NCBI RefSeq assembly: GCF_036677185.1
Contig: NZ_JAKFEN010000027.1
Location: forward strand, 94,044-158,043
Source of the DNA: Phenylobacterium sp.
Lineage (GTDB): Bacteria; Pseudomonadota; Alphaproteobacteria; Caulobacterales; Caulobacteraceae
Direction of reading: 5' to 3'
DNA length: 64,000 nt
Shown here: piece after piece, positions 43,001 through 51,829 of the stretch
Layout of the letters: each line of letters starts with the position of its first letter
Position numbering within the stretch: position 1 is the stretch's first letter
Notes under the pieces: generated by a model
Told to the model about the DNA's origin: nothing
Database searches by the model: none
The model's input: the letters and a program-made list of their open reading frames with translations, nothing else
Translations under genes and position numbers: made by a program

Positions 43001-43264
43001 CTACCGAGGACGGCGCCTGCCGCGCGCGATCACGGTGTCGGCGTCGAGCGGCTGGTAGCTGTCGTCAGGGGCGGCGAAGGCGTGCTGCAGTTCGGCCTTC
43101 AGGCGCTGGAGGGTCTCGCCCTCGGCGCGCTCCATGTCCCGCCGGATCAGGTCGCGGACATATTCGCTGACATTCTCGTAGACGCCGTCGTCGCCGACAT
43201 TGGCCGCCACGAATTCGCCGAGCACGCCGCTGACCCGCACATTGAGCGTCATCGTCCTGGACAT
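43001..43264 (-). CDS. parD: ParD/COG3609-type ribbon-helix-helix antitoxin-like protein (no cognate ParE)
   Basis: The ATG at 43264 has a GGAGG RBS. The protein MSRTMTLNVRVSGVLGEFVAANVGDDGVYENVSEYVRDLIRRDMERAEGE..LKAELQ.. shows the RHH beta-strand plus the Y-x-S/N-x-SE-[YV]-[VI]-R-D-L-[IL]-R pattern of ParD-family antitoxins. Confidence 0.75.
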   Translation of the reverse strand: MSRTMTLNVRVSGVLGEFVAANVGDDGVYENVSEYVRDLIRRDMERAEGETLQRLKAELQHAFAAPDDSYQPLDADTVIARGRRRPR

Positions 43265-43367
43265 GGGGCCTCCGTTCACGATGTCCACATGATCAGGGAT
43301 ATTGTGGACACATCAAGCGCCGGCCTCCCCTTTCAAAGTAGGGCTATCGCCCATGCGAGAGACTGAA

Positions 43368-43511
43368 GATGCTCCCCCTCTGGGGGAGCTGGCCCGAAGG
43401 GCCTGAGGGGGACTTTGACTCCTGCTCAGACCCATCGAATCGCTGCGGAAGACCATCAAAGTCCCCCTCACCCGGCCATTCGGCCGGGAGCTCCCCCAGG
43501 AGGGGAGCATC
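43368..43511. repeat. Nested palindromic intergenic element (REP/MITE-like), copy B
   Basis: The left arm is GATGCTCCCCCTCTGGGGGAGCTGGCCCGAAGGGCCTGAGGGGGACTTTGA (43368-43418). The right arm TCAAAGTCCCCCTCACCCGGCCATTCGGCCGGGAGCTCCCCCAGGAGGGGAGCATC (43456-43511) is its imperfect reverse complement. It has the same modular layout as copy A. Confidence 0.75.
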
Positions 43512-43531
43512 TGATCACCGTGTTGTTCCGA

Positions 43532-43560
43532 CCATCGGGCGATAGCGCCTCGCCCGATGG
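43532..43560. other. Perfect 11-bp stem hairpin followed by a T-rich tract
   Basis: CCATCGGGCGA-tagcgcc-TCGCCCGATGG is followed by cattTGTTCCCTTTTTGTTCTTT. It looks like an intrinsic terminator on the + strand. No + strand gene lies upstream of it, and the T-tract coincides with the LexA-type box. Confidence 0.5.
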
Positions 43561-43565
43561 CATTT

Positions 43566-43580
43566 GTTCCCTTTTTGTTC
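43566..43580. promoter_or_regulatory. LexA (SOS) box GTTC-N7-GTTC abutting a promoter-like -35/-10 pair
   Basis: GTTCcctttttGTTC is immediately followed by TTTACA (43581-86), a 16-nt spacer and CATACT (43603-08). It lies 63 nt upstream of the ATG at 43643. Confidence 0.5.
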
Positions 43581-43642
43581 TTTACATTTCGCCGTTATTC
43601 GGCATACTCCAGGGTCGCCCTCGGCCTTTCACGGAGTCGCCC

Positions 43643-44314
43643 ATGACCGCCCTGCCCGCTCGTATCTGCGGTTATACGCCTGAGCTGGGGGCGGAGATCG
43701 TGCGGCGGGTGGGGGTTGGTGAGAGCATCCGCTCCATCGGGCGCGATCCGGCCATGCCGGCGGCGGCGACCATCCATAAGTGGCTGAGCGAGAACCCCGA
43801 CTTCGCCGAACAGCGGCGGGAGGCGCGTAGCGCGGCGCGGCGGGCGGCGGCCAGCGCCCATTTGGAGTTGATCGAGGCGCGCAAGGCGCGGCGCAAGCAC
43901 GACTGGGGGCGCCGCGACCTCTATGCCGTGGAGATCGGCGAGGCGATCTGCCGGCGGATCGCGGCCGGCGAGAGCATGGTCGATATCTGCGCGGGGCCCG
44001 ACATGCCGGTGACGGGCACGGTCTATGAGTGGCTGCGGGTGCATCCCGACTTCAGCGACATGTATGTGCTGGCGCGCGGCGTGCAGGCCGAGCTGCTGGC
44101 CGACGAGGCCTGGTCCATCGCCAAGGCCGCGGCGCCCACGACCGTGCCGGTGGCGCGGCTGCAGTTCGACGTGATCCGCTGGCGGGCCGCGCGGCTGGCG
44201 CCCAAGGTCTGGGGCGAGGGCGACAAGGCGTCCGGGCCGACCAAGATCAACGTGTTCGTGCAGAATTTCGGGGATGGCGAGGTGATCAGCGGGCCCGGGG
44301 TTGGGGAGCGGTAG
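43643..44314 (+). CDS. Phage terminase small-subunit-like protein with a duplicated N-terminal HTH module (isolated, prophage-remnant-like)
   Basis: The ATG at 43643 gives MTALPARICGYTPELGAEIVRRVGVGESIRSIGRDPAMPAAATIHKWLSENPDFAEQRREAR.. A second copy follows: ..YAVEIGEAICRRIAAGESMVDICAGPDMPVTGTVYEWLRVHPDFSDMYVLAR..ARLQFDVIRWRAARLAPKVWGE.. This is the pattern I remember from alphaproteobacterial phage small terminase / DNA-packaging proteins. No other phage genes are nearby. Confidence 0.65.
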   Translation: MTALPARICGYTPELGAEIVRRVGVGESIRSIGRDPAMPAAATIHKWLSENPDFAEQRREARSAARRAAASAHLELIEARKARRKHDWGRRDLYAVEIGEAICRRIAAGESMVDICAGPDMPVTGTVYEWLRVHPDFSDMYVLARGVQAELLADEAWSIAKAAAPTTVPVARLQFDVIRWRAARLAPKVWGEGDKASGPTKINVFVQNFGDGEVISGPGVGER

Positions 44315-44332
44315 GGTGGCTCATCCACTCGT

Positions 44333-44440
44333 GTCATCCCGGTTTGCGAAGCAAGACCGGGATGACAGGCGTTGGGGGATGACAGGCGTTGGGGTGATGG
44401 GCGTTGGGGGGTGACAGGCGTTGGGGATGATGGGCGTTGA
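44333..44440. repeat. 11-bp-stem hairpin followed by about 5 tandem copies of a 16-17-nt unit
   Basis: The hairpin is GTCATCCCGGT..ACCGGGATGAC (44333-44366). Then come GATGACAGGCGTTGGGG x2 (44361-44394) and degenerate copies TGATGGGCGTTGGGGG, GTGACAGGCGTTGGGG and ATGATGGGCGTTGA, ending at 44440. Confidence 0.8.
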
Positions 44441-44454
44441 TCAGCCCGCGCCCC

Positions 44455-45368
<914 letters not shown>

Positions 45369-45369
<1 letters not shown>

Positions 45370-45761
45370 CAGGCGGCCTCGCGCGGGGTCGGGGGCCAGC
45401 GGTCCAGGGCGATGCGGGCCATGGGCGCGGCGACGTCGGAGAGGTCGATCTTGACCACCCCGTCGCGGAACGAGGACGACACCGCCTGGGCCCAGGGGAC
45501 GTGGCGAGCCACATAGGCGTCGCCCAACTCGAACAGCACCAGGGCCGAGGCGCCGGAGCGAGCCACCGCGCCGCGGCCGTCCGTAGCCACCCAGATGCGC
45601 TCCAGGGGCTTGCCGGGGAACTCCTGCGCCAGCAGGCGGCGCGCGCGGGCGTCGTCGAGCGGGGTGAGCGGCTTGGCGATCTTGGCCCAGGCGGCCAGGG
45701 CCACCAGGGCCATGACCGCGGCGGCCGAGCCGGCCAGTTGAATCAGAAAGGCCTTGTCCAA
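45369..45761 (-). CDS. Hypothetical membrane-anchored protein
   Basis: 130 aa with an N-terminal TM helix (LIQLAGSAAAVMALVALAAWA). Its stop overlaps the desaturase start by 1 nt. Confidence 0.5.
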
Positions 45762-45810
45762 TTTGGCGTCACTCCCCTGCCCCGCAGGGTCGGCCGTAGG
45801 GGGCGGAGCG

Positions 45811-47085
45811 TCAAGGCGCCGGAAAGTCGCTGAGCTTCGGCACCCTGGAGAAGGCCAGCAGGCCCGCCACGATCAGCAGCATCAGGGCGCCGGGGAAGAT
45901 CACCGCGGCGTGGGGGCCGATGGCCTGGGCCAGGAAGCCGTCGGCCACCGCCCCCAGCGGCCCGCCGCCCATCAGGCCCAGGGTGAAGATCGACAGCACC
46001 CGGGCGCGGACCGCCTCCGGGGCGTGCTGCTGGACGAAGCTGCGGCCGAGCGTCATGGCCACCCCGCCGCCCAGGCCCCAGGCGAAGTTCAGCCCGCAGA
46101 GCAGCCAGAAGGGCATGTGGAAGCCGCAGAGGATCAGGATGACGCCCCCTGCCCCCAGCGCCGTGAGATAGATCAGGCCCTTGCGGCGCAGGGGGCCGAT
46201 GCGCACCAGGGCGAGCGCCGAGACCATGCTGCCGATCCAGAAGCACATGCTGAACAGGCCGAGCGCCGCGGCGATCTCGGTCTTGCCGGGACTGAGGACC
46301 TGGCCGTCGAAATAGCTCTCCACGATCAGCGGCAGCAGGACGAAGAAGCTGCCCATGAAGCAGACGCCCATGGCCACGCCGCACAGCATGACCGGGGCGA
46401 TGACCGGCGAGGCCAGGACCGCGGCGAAGCCCTCGCGGATGTCGCGGCCGATACCGATCAGCAGGCCGCCCTCGCGGCGCGGGCGCACATGGGCCGGGCG
46501 CGGGCGGATGCGCAGGGCCGCGAGCGTCGCCACGGCCATGAGCCCCGCCTGGCCCAGCAGCAGGGGTCCGACCCCCACCAGCGGGGCGGCGGCGGCGCAG
46601 GCCATGCCCAGGATCTGGCCGCCGAACTGGGCGAGCGAGGCGTAGGCCACCGCGCCCTGGATCCCGCCCTTGGCCGGGGCCACCAGGCTGAGCAGGCTGT
46701 CGCGGGCCGGGGTGGCGAAGGCCTGGGCGGTCCCCACGGTCAGGGCGTAGGTGATGATCAGGCCGTAGGTCAGCACGCCCAGGCTCACCGTTGCGCCGAG
46801 GCTCGCGAAGGTCAGCACCGCGAAGGCGCAGGCGGCCACGACGATGGACCTGACCGGGACCCGGTCGGCCAGCGCCCCGCCCAGCAGGATGAACAGGGTG
46901 GTGGGCAGCTGCAGCGCCATCTGGGCCAGGCCGAAGCGGACCTCGCTCTCCTGCAGCACCACCCGCACCAGATAGGGGAACAGCACCACCTGCACCCCGA
47001 AGGCCAGGAACCAGGCCGCGTGGGCGAACAGATAGGGCGCGAACCCCGTGGGCGTCTCGCCCGACGGGCTGGATTGCGATGTCAC
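45811..47085 (-). CDS. MFS transporter
   Basis: 424 aa with about 12 hydrophobic segments. An MFS loop motif, GGALADRVPVR, lies between TM2 and TM3. Confidence 0.85.
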   Translation of the reverse strand: MTSQSSPSGETPTGFAPYLFAHAAWFLAFGVQVVLFPYLVRVVLQESEVRFGLAQMALQLPTTLFILLGGALADRVPVRSIVVAACAFAVLTFASLGATVSLGVLTYGLIITYALTVGTAQAFATPARDSLLSLVAPAKGGIQGAVAYASLAQFGGQILGMACAAAAPLVGVGPLLLGQAGLMAVATLAALRIRPRPAHVRPRREGGLLIGIGRDIREGFAAVLASPVIAPVMLCGVAMGVCFMGSFFVLLPLIVESYFDGQVLSPGKTEIAAALGLFSMCFWIGSMVSALALVRIGPLRRKGLIYLTALGAGGVILILCGFHMPFWLLCGLNFAWGLGGGVAMTLGRSFVQQHAPEAVRARVLSIFTLGLMGGGPLGAVADGFLAQAIGPHAAVIFPGALMLLIVAGLLAFSRVPKLSDFPAP

Positions 47086-47151
47086 GAAGGCCTCCCCTTG
47101 CGGGCCAGCGTCTAGGAGCTAGATGGAAAGCGCAAGCTAGCGGGGTTCGAC

Positions 47152-47640
47152 ATGCGCAGGGCCGCCTCCAAGACCGGCAAGGCCTCGGCCGTCCAGGCGG
47201 CGGGCGCCTGCGTCTGCGGCGCGGTGGCGCTGGAGATAGACGTCCCCGCCCGCTGGGCCTGGCACGACCATTCCCCCGCCAGCCGCCATGCCCAGGGGGC
47301 CGCCTATGCGACCTATGTGGGCAGCTACCGCAGCCGGTTCCGGATCCTGAAGGGCGCGGCGAGCATCAGCCGGTTCGAGGACGCCAAGGCCGGGACCGCG
47401 CGGAGCTTCTGCGCCAGGTGCGGGACGCCGCTGTTCTACGAACGCGCCCGCTCGCCGACCATGGTCAACATCCCCCGCGCCCTCTTCGCCACCCGCACCG
47501 GGCGCGAGCCGCGCTACCACATGTCGCTGCAGGAAAAGGCCGACTGGACCTATGCCGGCGAGCCCCTGGCGCCGCTGAAGGGCTATCCCGGCGTGATGTG
47601 GGCTCGGCCCCGGCGCAAGAAGCCCGGAGAGGGTCTCTGA
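47152..47640 (+). CDS. GFA (glutathione-dependent formaldehyde-activating/CENP-V-like) family protein
   Basis: 162 aa with the Zn-Cys pattern CVCG...and...FCARCGTPLF typical of GFA domains. Confidence 0.7.
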   Translation: MRRAASKTGKASAVQAAGACVCGAVALEIDVPARWAWHDHSPASRHAQGAAYATYVGSYRSRFRILKGAASISRFEDAKAGTARSFCARCGTPLFYERARSPTMVNIPRALFATRTGREPRYHMSLQEKADWTYAGEPLAPLKGYPGVMWARPRRKKPGEGL

Positions 47641-47806
47641 GACCAAGTTGGCGGCGCCGTCGCCCCTCAATTCCTAATGCATCATAATGATATTGCATCA
47701 GTTGTTGCCAAGTGTCTGACACGGGCGTCAGGTATCGACTGGACGACGGTCAGCAAGATAGGGCTCGGGGGAGTTCCACCGTCTTGTCCCGATAGCGAGA
47801 AGCGTC

Positions 47807-48259
47807 ATGAAGACTATCATTCGCGCCGCAACGCTTGCCGCAACCATCGCTTGCGGTTGCGTCGGTATTGCCCAGGCTCAGACGGCCGAACGCGTTTACG
47901 CTCAAGGTACGGTCTGGTCGGTCGGCTATATCGAGACCAAACCCGGCATGTTCGACGACTACATGGCCTATCTGAACGGCCCCTGGAAGGCGATCCAGGA
48001 AGCCGCCAAGAAGCGCGGCGACGTCATCAGCTACAAGATCCTCAGCGTGAACGACGTGCGCGACAATGAACCGGATCTGGTCCTGATGGTCGAGTACAAG
48101 AACATGGCCGTCTTCGATCAGTCGGACGAGGAACTGGACAAGCAGACCTCGGCGGCCTTCGGCTCGCCGGTGAAGGCCAACCAGGCCGCGGTGTCGCGCG
48201 AGAGCCTGCGGACCACCCGGGGCGGCTTCCTCAGCCGCGAGCTGAAGTTCATCAAGTAG
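47807..48259 (+). CDS. Hypothetical secreted protein
   Basis: 150 aa with the signal peptide MKTIIRAATLAATIACGCVGIAQA. GC is somewhat lower than in the neighbours. I recognise no family. Confidence 0.5.
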   Translation: MKTIIRAATLAATIACGCVGIAQAQTAERVYAQGTVWSVGYIETKPGMFDDYMAYLNGPWKAIQEAAKKRGDVISYKILSVNDVRDNEPDLVLMVEYKNMAVFDQSDEELDKQTSAAFGSPVKANQAAVSRESLRTTRGGFLSRELKFIK

Positions 48260-48404
48260 GCTCTACAGATTCACCTCGAGCGGGTCGCCCTTCTCGCGAT
48301 TGAGGGCGACCATGCCGTCCCTCGGCGCTCTCGGCTCTCGCGCTGGTTGGTTGCGGCGGAACCTGGATCATGTGCTTCGTTTTCATGCAGAACATCGGTG
48401 AAAC

Positions 48405-50285
48405 GTGGGCCAGCCAGACCATCCGGGCGATGATGCGGCCTTCCTCCGCGACGGCGGCGCGACAGGCGCCCTGATCGCGACGTTCGACTGGGCCTCGACC
48501 TCTCTCGGCCCCCTGAGCGCCTGGCCCCAGAGCCTGAGGACCGCCACGGCGATCGTGCTGCGCTCGCGGACGCCCATGGCGCTGCTGTGGGGCGAGGAAG
48601 GCGTGATGATCTACAATGACGGCTATGCCGAGATCGCCGGGTCTCGTCACCCGGACCTGCTCGGCAGCAAGGTGGCCGAAGCCTGGCCCGAGGGGGTCGA
48701 GTTCAACGAGCAGGTGCTCAGGACCGTGCTTACGGGCGCGACCCTGAACTACCGCGACCAGCCGCTGGAGCTGCGCCGTTCGGGCGTGCTGGAAACGCTC
48801 TGGTTCGACCTCGACTACTCTCCCGTCCCCGACGAGGCGGGGCGGCCCGCCGGCGTGCTGGCCGTCGTGGTGGAGACCACCCAGCGGGTGCTCGCCGAGC
48901 GGCGGGACGCGGCCAACGCGGAGCGGCAGCGGCAGATGCTGGAACAGGCGCCGGGGTTCATCTGCCTCCTGAGCGGCCCAGACCACGTCTTCGAGTTTCG
49001 AAACGAAGCCCACAAGCGCCTGTTCGGGGAGCGGGAGCCGATTGCAAGATCCCACAGCGAGGTCTTCGCCGACCTCCCGGATCCGGGGTTCGTCGAGCTG
49101 TTGGACCACGTCTACGCGACCGGAAAGCGCCATGTCGCCCGGGCCCGGCCGGTGAACCTGAGAGATCGGCCGGACGGCCCCTTGGAGCAGCACCTTCTCG
49201 ATTTCGTCCTGCAGCCGGTGAGCAATGAGCAGGGCGAGGTTTCCGGCATCTTCGTCGAGGGCTTCGACGTCACCGAGCAGGCGCGCGCCCAGGCGGCGGC
49301 CGAGGAGAGCGGTCAGCGGCTGAGCGCAGCCATCGCGATCGCACGCCTGGGCGCCATCTGCTGGGATCGCGAGACCCGCGAAGCCACCCTTGACGAGCGC
49401 GCGCGCGAGATCTTCGGCTTCGAACCCGACGCGATCGTGACCATCGACGACGTGATCCTCCGGATCGCTCCCAAGGACCTCGCCCGCATCGGCGTCGGGA
49501 CGACGCCCGATTGGTCGGAGAGTCCGAGGCAGGAGCGTGAGTTCCGGATCCACCTGCCCAACGGCGTCGAGCGCGACATCGTCAGCGTCAGCGTCCTGTC
49601 GCCGGGTCCGCACGGCCCGAACACGCGGGCGGTGGGGCTCTTCAGGGACGTCACCGAAATGCGCGCCGCCGAGCAGCGGCAGCGGATGCTGATCAACGAG
49701 TTGAACCACCGGGTGAAGAACAGCCTGGCCACGGTGCAGTCGATCGCCGCCCAGACGCTGCGCTCCGCCCCCGACCTGCTGAGCGCACGCATCGCGTTGG
49801 AAGCGCGCCTGGTGGCGCTCGCGGCCGCGCACGATATCCTCACGGCCGAGAGCTGGCACGGCGCGCGCCTGATCGAGGTGATCGCCGCGGCCATGGGCCC
49901 CTTCGAAACCCTGCAGCGGCCGCAGATCAGCCGCTCCGGCCCGCCCGTCTGGCTGGCCGCTCAACCCGCCTTGGCGCTGAGCCTGGCGCTGCACGAACTC
50001 GCCACCAACGCGGTGAAGTACGGCGCGCTGTCCAGGCCCGAGGGGCGCGTCACGATCCGCTGGAACCTGGTCGGGGACATGTTGACGATCACCTGGCGCG
50101 AGGACGGCGGGCCGCCAGTCCGAGCGCCGGTCCGCTCGGGCTTCGGCTCCCGCCTCCTGCAACGGAGCCTCGCCCGCGACCTGCACGGCGAGGTCGTGGT
50201 CGCCTTTGCGCCCGAAGGCGTCGTCTGCGAGATCCGCTGCCGTCCGAGCGCGCTCCAGGCCGCGCGTGGGTTCATTGACGCCTGA
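48405..50285 (+). CDS. PAS-domain sensor histidine kinase of the HWE/HisKA_2 family (orphan)
   Basis: 626 aa with several PAS-like repeats. The H-box is LINELNHRVKNSLATVQSIA and the N-box is HELATNAVKYGALS. The C-terminus is ..FGSRLL.RSL, as in HWE kinases. It starts at a GTG. No response regulator is adjacent. Confidence 0.85.
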   Translation: MGQPDHPGDDAAFLRDGGATGALIATFDWASTSLGPLSAWPQSLRTATAIVLRSRTPMALLWGEEGVMIYNDGYAEIAGSRHPDLLGSKVAEAWPEGVEFNEQVLRTVLTGATLNYRDQPLELRRSGVLETLWFDLDYSPVPDEAGRPAGVLAVVVETTQRVLAERRDAANAERQRQMLEQAPGFICLLSGPDHVFEFRNEAHKRLFGEREPIARSHSEVFADLPDPGFVELLDHVYATGKRHVARARPVNLRDRPDGPLEQHLLDFVLQPVSNEQGEVSGIFVEGFDVTEQARAQAAAEESGQRLSAAIAIARLGAICWDRETREATLDERAREIFGFEPDAIVTIDDVILRIAPKDLARIGVGTTPDWSESPRQEREFRIHLPNGVERDIVSVSVLSPGPHGPNTRAVGLFRDVTEMRAAEQRQRMLINELNHRVKNSLATVQSIAAQTLRSAPDLLSARIALEARLVALAAAHDILTAESWHGARLIEVIAAAMGPFETLQRPQISRSGPPVWLAAQPALALSLALHELATNAVKYGALSRPEGRVTIRWNLVGDMLTITWREDGGPPVRAPVRSGFGSRLLQRSLARDLHGEVVVAFAPEGVVCEIRCRPSALQAARGFIDA

Positions 50286-50372
50286 CGGAAGATCTGAGGT
50301 CCCATTCCGGCAGGTTCGCGCCCTGCCAGCCAGCGTGGCCGGTCACGCATTTATCGACGCTCTCGGCCATGG

Positions 50373-50855
50373 TCAGGCGCGGCCCTCGGCGGCGGCCTTG
50401 AGGTCGGCCAGGCCGCTTTCGAACTGGCCGCCGACGAACTTGTCCATGTTGAAGATGAGACCCATCAGCTTGGAGATCAGGGTCTTGGTCCCGGTCATGG
50501 CCCAGGTCACCCGCGTGCCGTCGCCCAGCGGCGTCAGGGTGAACTCCGCCAGGTTGCTGGCCTGGAACGGCTTGATCATGTTGAGGTCGATCTGCACCAG
50601 GGACGGGGTGGCGCGGGTGATCCGCATGTTACCCGAGCCGGTCTTCTTGCCTTCCCACGCATAGGTCGCCCCCTCGCCCTTGGCCGCGCCGCCATAGGTG
50701 CGCTTGAGGTCGGCGTCCATGCGCTCGTAGGGCGACCAATGGATCCATTTCTGGAAGTCTTCGATCAGGGCGAGGACGGTTTCCGGCGCGGCGGCGATCT
50801 GGATCGCGCGTTCGACGCGGAAGGTGTCGGGGCGGGTCTTGAGGTCGGTGGTCAC
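50373..50855 (-). CDS. SRPBCC (START/AHSA1/polyketide-cyclase-like) family protein
   Basis: 160 aa: ..FRVERAIQIAAAPETVLALIEDFQKWIHWSPYE......Y.G...G.GA.Y.W.G....G.G.M.I.. is the typical pattern. It starts at a GTG. Confidence 0.75.
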   Translation of the reverse strand: MTTDLKTRPDTFRVERAIQIAAAPETVLALIEDFQKWIHWSPYERMDADLKRTYGGAAKGEGATYAWEGKKTGSGNMRITRATPSLVQIDLNMIKPFQASNLAEFTLTPLGDGTRVTWAMTGTKTLISKLMGLIFNMDKFVGGQFESGLADLKAAAEGRA

Positions 50856-50907
50856 GGCGGGCTCCTTTCCGAGCGATATGGCGGCGCCTGGGCGCTTTCA
50901 TACCCAG

Positions 50908-50934
50908 GACGAACCGAACCACACGCCCCCGACA
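50908..50934 (-). promoter_or_regulatory. ECF-type promoter candidate TGTCG-N18-CGTCC upstream of the SRPBCC gene
   Basis: The minus strand reads TGTCGGgggcgtgtggttcggttCGTCCTGGG, with its -10 element 53 nt upstream of the GTG. It has the same bipartite motif and spacing as 56683..56709 and 58414..58440. Confidence 0.45.
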
Positions 50935-51118
50935 CCCGCTTTCAAAAAACTCGTGTGAAAGGGCTTGTGTTTCAGCCGTTGATCGATGGTGGAGAGGCGG
51001 GGCTGTCCGGGGGAGCCTGACGGGCGCTTTGCGCCACTAGCAGACTCTCGACTGTCGACAGAATCCGGACATGGCGAACGAGCGAGGGCTGCGGCGCCGC
51101 AGGGACTTGGAAGAGGCC

Positions 51119-51748
51119 CTATGGATCGAGCCGGTAGACCGCCCGGCTGATCCGTCGCCACTCGCGCGCGATGTGGCCGAACCAGCGCACGCGCGCCTCG
51201 TCGTCGAGCCCGTCCCGATCCTCGATCCAGTTGATCAGCGTCTCGGTGACGATGCCGATCAGGGTGTGCGCGGCCCGCCGCGCCCGGTCCTCCGCGCCGG
51301 GGGGCGCGCCTTCGGCCGGCTTCAGGAAGGTGAGGAAGGGCTCGATCTGCCGCGCCTCGTAGATCGCGTACCAGCGGCGCGCCTCTGGGTCCGATCGGCT
51401 GTCGCGCAGCAACAGCAGGTACGCCGCCCGGTTGCCCCGCGCGCGTCGCAGCACCTCGATGACCGCGCCGCCGTAGCCAGGCCAGGGGCTGTCGTAGACC
51501 GCGCGGATCTCGCTCAACACCTCCTCGAAGATGGCCGCCAGCAGCGCGTCCTTCGACGGGAATTGTCGGTAGATCAGGATCTTGGCGACCCCCGCCGCAT
51601 CCGCGACGTCCTGCATCGATGCGCGCTGCAGGCCCCGTTCGTAGAACACCTGCGCCGCGACGCGCACGTACTGCGCCTGCCGCGCAGAGCGGTCCACCCG
51701 CGGCATGCGCCGCCGGGCGGCCCGCCGCCCCTCCGCCTTCTCATTCAT
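51119..51748 (-). CDS. TetR-family transcriptional regulator
   Basis: The HTH is ..YVRVAAQVFYERGLQRASMQDVADAAGVAKILIYRQFPSKDALL.. The start is taken at the ATG at 51748 (MNEKAEG..). The ORF track starts at 51763. Confidence 0.8.
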   Translation of the reverse strand: MNEKAEGRRAARRRMPRVDRSARQAQYVRVAAQVFYERGLQRASMQDVADAAGVAKILIYRQFPSKDALLAAIFEEVLSEIRAVYDSPWPGYGGAVIEVLRRARGNRAAYLLLLRDSRSDPEARRWYAIYEARQIEPFLTFLKPAEGAPPGAEDRARRAAHTLIGIVTETLINWIEDRDGLDDEARVRWFGHIAREWRRISRAVYRLDP

Positions 51749-51829
51749 GATTATCATTAGCACGAAAATGTTGCGTCTGCCGCGGCCGCGGCCTAATGAA
51801 ACTCATCGGTTTCAAATGGACCCTCGATC

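Noticed and set aside
44361-44440. Possible CRISPR array.
   Set aside because: The units are 16-17 nt and directly abutting, with no spacers and no cas genes. It is a simple tandem repeat.
47085-47152. Fourth ECF-type promoter (TGTCAcgaagg..CGTCtagg) upstream of the GFA gene.
   Set aside because: The spacer is 24 nt rather than 18, and the -35 half overlaps the MFS start codon region. It is not consistent with the other three sites.
48252-50186. 644-aa minus-strand ORF.
   Set aside because: It is exactly antisense to the HWE histidine kinase, which has clear H-box and N-box motifs. The ORF itself has no motifs.
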